This document shows, piece by piece, positions 16,563-20,951 of a stretch of 20,951 nucleotides of DNA. Under the pieces are notes generated by a model that worked only from the letters and a program-made list of their open reading frames with translations, did not search any database and was not told where the DNA came from. This DNA is from Acidobacteriota bacterium. GTDB lineage: Bacteria; Acidobacteriota; UBA6911; JACQSX01. The first letter of the stretch is position 1. Each line of letters opens with the position of its first letter. The DNA is taken from the NCBI GenBank assembly GCA_036507075.1, contig DASXQR010000223.1, positions 1-20,951 of the forward strand. Direction: 5' to 3'. The translations under genes and the position numbers were made by a program.

Positions 16563-19166
16563 ATGAGACCTAGAATTGCCGCGGCCGTCCTCGTTCTTTT
16601 GTTCTGTACATCCGTTGCCTTCGCCCAAACCGACGCTGCAGTTCCGCAAGTCGCGGATGGGCAATTCATCGGAGGGAGCTTTCGCACCACCTTTATCGTG
16701 TTCAACACCGGCACTGTTTCTGCTGTCGTTACGATCATCCTGACGCAGGATAACGCGGCTCCGATGCAGGTGACGATTCCCGAGCTGGGCACTAACAGCA
16801 CATTCAGTTTCACGCTCGGTCCCGGGGAAACCCGGATCCTGCAAACCAATGGGTCCGGTGCGGTTACTACCGGCGCTGCCCGAATCCAATCCAATCAGAA
16901 CATTACTGTTTCCGCCATTTTTACGCTATTCGGAGGTGACGGATCATTTGTGACAGAGGCAGGAGTGGGCAGTTCGGTCACCCTCACCGACTTTGTTCTT
17001 CCGGTTGACGCTACGGGAACGTTCAACACCGGCCTCGCTTTATTCAATCCAGGAACCGGCACGGCGACGATTCTTCTGCGACTGATCAACGCGTCGGGTC
17101 AAGAGACGGCTCGAATCACGATTACGCTTGCGGCCGGCGCTCACATTGCAAAGTTTGTGGCGGGTGCGGGAGAATTCTTTCCCTCGGTCAGCAATTTTCG
17201 CGGCACACTCGCCGTTTCCAGCAATGTGCCGATTGCCGCTGTCACACTGCGGCAGAATTCAAATCCCATCACGTTTACCACGCTCCCTGTGGTCGCCCGG
17301 GCGATCACGCAACTGCTGTTTAATCTTCCACAGGCCGCAAACGGGGTCTTTGCGGGCGGATCTTTTCGGACTTCCTTCCTGATTTTTAATATTTCTCTAA
17401 CCCCCGCCACTGTGACACTGACGTTGACGCGCGACGATGGAACGCCGTTTTCCGTCACCATTCCAGGGCGGGGTACCGCAGCCACATTTACACTGACTCT
17501 GCAGCCTGGTGAATCCGTAATTCTCCAGACTGACGGCACAGGCCCGCTCTCGGCGGGTGCAGCCCGTGTGACGTCGAATGTCCCGATCGGAGTATCGGCG
17601 ATCTTTACAACATTTGCTCCCGATGGACGATTCATAACTGAGGCCGGCGTGGGAGATTCTCCGGCGCTCACCGAGTTCACTTTGGCGGTTGACACGACGG
17701 GTAAATTCAATACCGGTGTCGCATTTTTTGTTCCCGGCGACGAAAGCACGACGCTGACGTTTCGGTTATTCGATCGCAACGGCGCCGCCGTCGGTCCTGC
17801 GCAGACCCGCACACTTGCTTCGCATCAACACCTCGCATTGTTCGTGACCGAATTGATTGCCGGGCTGCAAAACTTTCGCGGTTCGCTTTCCATTACCGCT
17901 TCGCGCCCGACTTCGGCCCTGACGCTTCGGCAGAACAGCGATCCGCTGACATTTACCACCGTTCCGGTCGGCAGAGGCGCTTTCGTTGGAGGAGGTACGC
18001 CGCAGCCCGCCGCTCTTCTCAGGCGGGTGTTCAGCAATGTGACTGCAACCAGCGATCAGGTCTTGAATGCCACGCTTCCACCAGGATTTCGCCTATCCGG
18101 CACAGTCAACGGACCGATCCAGGGCTTTGTGGTTTTTGCTGTGGACGGAAACAACATCTTCGTCAGTACGGTGAATCCCGCTACCAAGCGCTATCTGATC
18201 ATCGTACCGGCGGCGACCTACTCGCTGCTTGTCTGCTACACCCCGCAGGGCATCCCTACCACGACATCCACTACGCTGGCATTTGAAGATCCATCGGCCG
18301 TGACCGTCACCGCCGACACGACGCGCGATATCAACATCGGCGCCGTGCCGCTGTTCCAGGTTTCCGGCACTGTTCAAGGTTTCAGCTCCATTCCGTCCTT
18401 GACCAGCCCGACGGTGGTCTTTACGTCGATGGACTTCAAGACCGGCGCAATTTTCCCCATTGCGAGCGATGGACAATACCAGGGGCAATTGCCGGGAGGT
18501 TCTTATCGCGTCAGCTTTACAGGCAGTGCTCAACTCGGTCCCCTGCAGTTTCAGGGTATGACGGTTTACAATATCGGCACTTTGACGATCGCGTCGGCGG
18601 CAACCGCTAACTTCACGGTTCCGGCTACTGCCCGTCTTTCAGGGAGCCTGAGCAACATGGAACAATTCGGCCCGGGGGCGTTTTCGCTGATGTCGGCGGC
18701 CGACCTCTCGATCGGAACTCTTCCAGTTTCGCTGGTCTGCAATTTTCCGCCTTACATCACCTCGGTGCTTGCGGACCCGTTCAGCAACACGTATCAAATG
18801 ATTCTTACGGCGGGTCGCACGCATCAATTGAACGTGATAGCCCCGATAAACGAAGGTGAAATGCAGGCCGGCGTGTTCACATTTCCGCAGCCGGGTGAAC
18901 AATTGACGATTAACGGCGACACGACCCGCAATTTCGCCGCCCCCATGCTTCCGCCGCGCGTCATATTTACCGGCCGCGTGACCGACAACGCCGGCCAGGG
19001 GGTCGCAAAAGTATCGGTGAGCGCGACCTCGAGTCAACTGACGGGAGGAATATCGGCAACGTATTCGGGATTTACACAGACGGACAACAGCGGTAATTAC
19101 CGGCTGGTCCTTTTGAGCGGCACAAACTATACGATCACTTTCCAACCAACGCCGCCCCAGCCGTAA
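16563..19166 (+). CDS. Large secreted beta-rich protein with a duplicated N-terminal module and C-terminal carboxypeptidase-regulatory-like repeats
   Basis: Signal peptide ending AFA-Q; GAGGAG RBS; modules starting VPQVADG and LPQAANG; repeats RLSGTV, QVSGTV, RLSGSL, FTGRVTD...TDNSGNY. Confidence 0.85.
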   Translation: MRPRIAAAVLVLLFCTSVAFAQTDAAVPQVADGQFIGGSFRTTFIVFNTGTVSAVVTIILTQDNAAPMQVTIPELGTNSTFSFTLGPGETRILQTNGSGAVTTGAARIQSNQNITVSAIFTLFGGDGSFVTEAGVGSSVTLTDFVLPVDATGTFNTGLALFNPGTGTATILLRLINASGQETARITITLAAGAHIAKFVAGAGEFFPSVSNFRGTLAVSSNVPIAAVTLRQNSNPITFTTLPVVARAITQLLFNLPQAANGVFAGGSFRTSFLIFNISLTPATVTLTLTRDDGTPFSVTIPGRGTAATFTLTLQPGESVILQTDGTGPLSAGAARVTSNVPIGVSAIFTTFAPDGRFITEAGVGDSPALTEFTLAVDTTGKFNTGVAFFVPGDESTTLTFRLFDRNGAAVGPAQTRTLASHQHLALFVTELIAGLQNFRGSLSITASRPTSALTLRQNSDPLTFTTVPVGRGAFVGGGTPQPAALLRRVFSNVTATSDQVLNATLPPGFRLSGTVNGPIQGFVVFAVDGNNIFVSTVNPATKRYLIIVPAATYSLLVCYTPQGIPTTTSTTLAFEDPSAVTVTADTTRDINIGAVPLFQVSGTVQGFSSIPSLTSPTVVFTSMDFKTGAIFPIASDGQYQGQLPGGSYRVSFTGSAQLGPLQFQGMTVYNIGTLTIASAATANFTVPATARLSGSLSNMEQFGPGAFSLMSAADLSIGTLPVSLVCNFPPYITSVLADPFSNTYQMILTAGRTHQLNVIAPINEGEMQAGVFTFPQPGEQLTINGDTTRNFAAPMLPPRVIFTGRVTDNAGQGVAKVSVSATSSQLTGGISATYSGFTQTDNSGNYRLVLLSGTNYTITFQPTPPQP

Positions 19167-19187
19167 CGAAAAAGGTGATTTCTCGAA

Positions 19188-19328
19188 AGGCCGCTTCCAG
19201 CGGCCTTTCCCGAAGGGTTTCAGCCCCGGCCTTCCCAGGCCGGGGTGCAAAGCGGCAGCGCAACCCGTCCAACAACCAGGCCGTTTTAACGGCCTTTTTC
19301 TTTCTGTCCGCCGGCCTTGAGGCCGGCT
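19188..19328 (-). repeat. REP-like units downstream of tnpA (one intact, one degenerate)
   Basis: 19188-19245 is the reverse complement of the unit at 19884-19941 (1 mismatch); 19278-19328 keeps both main hairpins in degenerate form and overlaps the tnpA stop. Confidence 0.88.
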
Positions 19329-19759
19329 GACTCCTCGTCGGGATCCTGAGTGCATTCCAATCTACCGATCAAACTTCCTCGAGCATGGTGTTCTTTTTGC
19401 CTCCGAATGTAGTCACAAACGAATTCCAAATCTTTCCTGCCAAAGCTCACCGCTCCATAGCCCTCCTGCCACTTCAGTCTGGCGCGTTGACCCGTCTGCT
19501 GATTGATGTAATGCGAACTGGCGCCCTTTAGGTCGCCAATCCAGGCGCTGATGGTGATAGTGGGAGGAACACGAACTGCAAGATGGATGTGATCCTCTGT
19601 TCCTCCGGTTTCAAACACGCATGCTCCAGGTGTTTGAGTAATCCGATGGCGCAGGTACCGGTACAAACGTTCTTCCACATCGGCAGTAATGGCGGGGGCA
19701 TTCTGCTCGGTATGCCAGGTTAGGTGAAGAAAGATTTCTGCGTAAGCTCTGTGGGCCAT
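19286..19759 (-). CDS. tnpA: IS200/IS605-superfamily Y1 HUH transposase (RAYT-like), no tnpB
   Basis: HLTWHT, EDHIHL (HUH), LKGASSH, WQEGYG and YIRRQ (catalytic Tyr, YxxxQ); ATG 19759 with a GGAGG RBS. Confidence 0.93.
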   Translation of the reverse strand: MAHRAYAEIFLHLTWHTEQNAPAITADVEERLYRYLRHRITQTPGACVFETGGTEDHIHLAVRVPPTITISAWIGDLKGASSHYINQQTGQRARLKWQEGYGAVSFGRKDLEFVCDYIRRQKEHHARGSLIGRLECTQDPDEESAGLKAGGQKEKGR

Positions 19760-19883
19760 GGTTGCCTCCACCTGGACATAACTGCCCACCTGGAAAATCT
19801 GCGAAAAAATTTTCAGTTGGCTAAAGCCGGTCTTGGTAAGGCCGGTGAACCGGCCTTGGGACAAACGATTGGAGAGCTTAGAC

Positions 19884-20112
19884 CCCCGGCCTGGGAAGGC
19901 CGGGGCTGAAACCCTGCGGGAAAGGCCGCTGGAAGCGGCCTGAGAAGAATCGGCTAGTGCTGGGCCGCCCCGGCCTGGGAAGGCCGGAGCTGAAACCCTG
20001 CGGGAAAGGCCGCGGAAGCGGCCTGAGAAGGATTGGAAGCGCTTGGAACCCCGGCCTGGGAAGGCCGGGGCTGGAACCCTTCGCGAAAGGCCGCTACAAG
20101 CGGCCTGAGAAG
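19884..20112 (+). repeat. Array of three ~64-bp multi-hairpin REP-like units with 20- and 18-bp unique spacers
   Basis: Units 19884-19947, 19968-20030 and 20049-20112: CCCCGGCCTGGGAAGGCCGGGG-CTGAAA-CCCTGCGGG-AA-AGGCCGCTGGAAGCGGCCT-GAGAAG. Confidence 0.93.
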
Positions 20113-20456
20113 AACGAACAACGCACTGCCATCAGTCGGTTTTCGCTGCGCCGGAAAATTTGCGAATAGCCGAAATTGATGGGCTTGCCTGACATTTCGA
20201 AAAGCTGAATGTTAACTTGACAGCTTCCGCGTGCAGTCAAGCCTCGCAGAGAATCGCCCGCGACTTTTTGCGGACGACGGCATCTCTTCTTATCTCCTTG
20301 GAAATCATGTGCCCAAAGCTGTAACAGCGGCATTCGTGTTCGGCTGCCGGCTGCAATATCCGGTCGCACAGCATGACAAGTGAAACTCGGAGACGCCGGT
20401 TGTTATCGCAGACCTACCGGGAACCGCTTCTCCGGCGCAAAGTTGTCGGAGGTAAA

Positions 20457-20717
20457 ATGAAAGATGCGCGACGCGCCACTCCCGAACTTCTGGCAGAAGG
20501 CCACTGGCTCTACTGGCTGAAAACGAATCGCGACGGAACAAAGCTCATCTTCGCAAGCATTGATGACTGGACGCCGGATCCGGATCAACTGAGAGAACTC
20601 ACCAGCGAGGTTTACAGATATGATTCACACAGTTTTAGTGGTCATCGTTGTGACGATCTTTACCAGCCCATTAACCCTTGGCCAAAACGTAGGAGATCAT
20701 CGGACCGCCGGTTTTGA
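20457..20717 (+). CDS. Hypothetical protein (86 aa), doubtful 3' end
   Basis: GGAGGT RBS just before ATG 20457, but it overlaps the next ORF by 98 bp. Confidence 0.35.
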   Translation: MKDARRATPELLAEGHWLYWLKTNRDGTKLIFASIDDWTPDPDQLRELTSEVYRYDSHSFSGHRCDDLYQPINPWPKRRRSSDRRF

Positions 20718-20951
20718 CAATTCCCGAACCTACCTCAATTCCGATGCCGGTGATCTTCGGCCTCCCTTTCGTGTTACCGGAGGTGTGGGGCTGGATCCTT
20801 GCTCCAGCCTGCCAATCATCAGTTGCTTCATTCGTTCCGTGAAGAGGGTCGATTCGATTATCGTCTCCGAGAACAATATCCTGATCGGAGAAGGGGGTTT
20901 TGGTTATAGCCTTTACAAGTTCTCGACAGGGCTTGCGTTCCCGCTTATGAG
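20620..20951 (+). CDS. Putative secreted protein, N-terminal part (runs off window; not in ORF track)
   Basis: Manual translation from ATG 20620: MIHTVLVVIVVTIFTSPLTLGQNVGDHRTAGFDNSR...; open to the window end; GAGG RBS; signal-peptide-like start. Confidence 0.65.
   Translation, partial: MIHTVLVVIVVTIFTSPLTLGQNVGDHRTAGFDNSRTYLNSDAGDLRPPFRVTGGVGLDPCSSLPIISCFIRSVKRVDSIIVSENNILIGEGGFGYSLYKFSTGLAFPLM

Noticed and set aside
19760..19864. 35-aa N-terminal extension of TnpA
   Set aside because: The family-like sequence and RBS point to ATG 19759; the extension runs through degenerate hairpins.
19884..20112. CRISPR array
   Set aside because: Repeats are ~64 bp with three hairpins, spacers only 18-20 bp, no cas genes, and an inverted copy lies on the other side of tnpA; REP-like fits better.

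Overview
GC-rich bacterial chromosomal window; gene content and protein style suggest Acidobacteriota (inference). The left part (1-7.9 kb, minus strand) is housekeeping: surE, tRNA-Pro(CGG), acyP, apt, tRNA-Arg(CCT), a YfgM-like TPR protein, dGTPase, yceD/DUF177, rpmF, plsX, fabD and the start of fabG, with no fabH between plsX and fabD. After tRNA-Pro(GGG) at 8.7 kb the region is accessory: a membrane protein, a secreted GH51 arabinofuranosidase, a SAM methyltransferase, a 3'-truncated TIGR01777 oxidoreductase, a DUF1326 protein with a signal peptide, a PLP decarboxylase, an 867-aa repeat-built secreted protein, and a stand-alone Y1 HUH transposase flanked by inverted arrays of multi-hairpin repeats (REPtron/RAYT-like). 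Two signals stand out: (i) that TnpA/repeat-array locus, and (ii) a dispersed set of 7-mer/9-mer-periodic inverted-repeat elements in many intergenic gaps, one of which encloses an ECF sigma-factor fragment.
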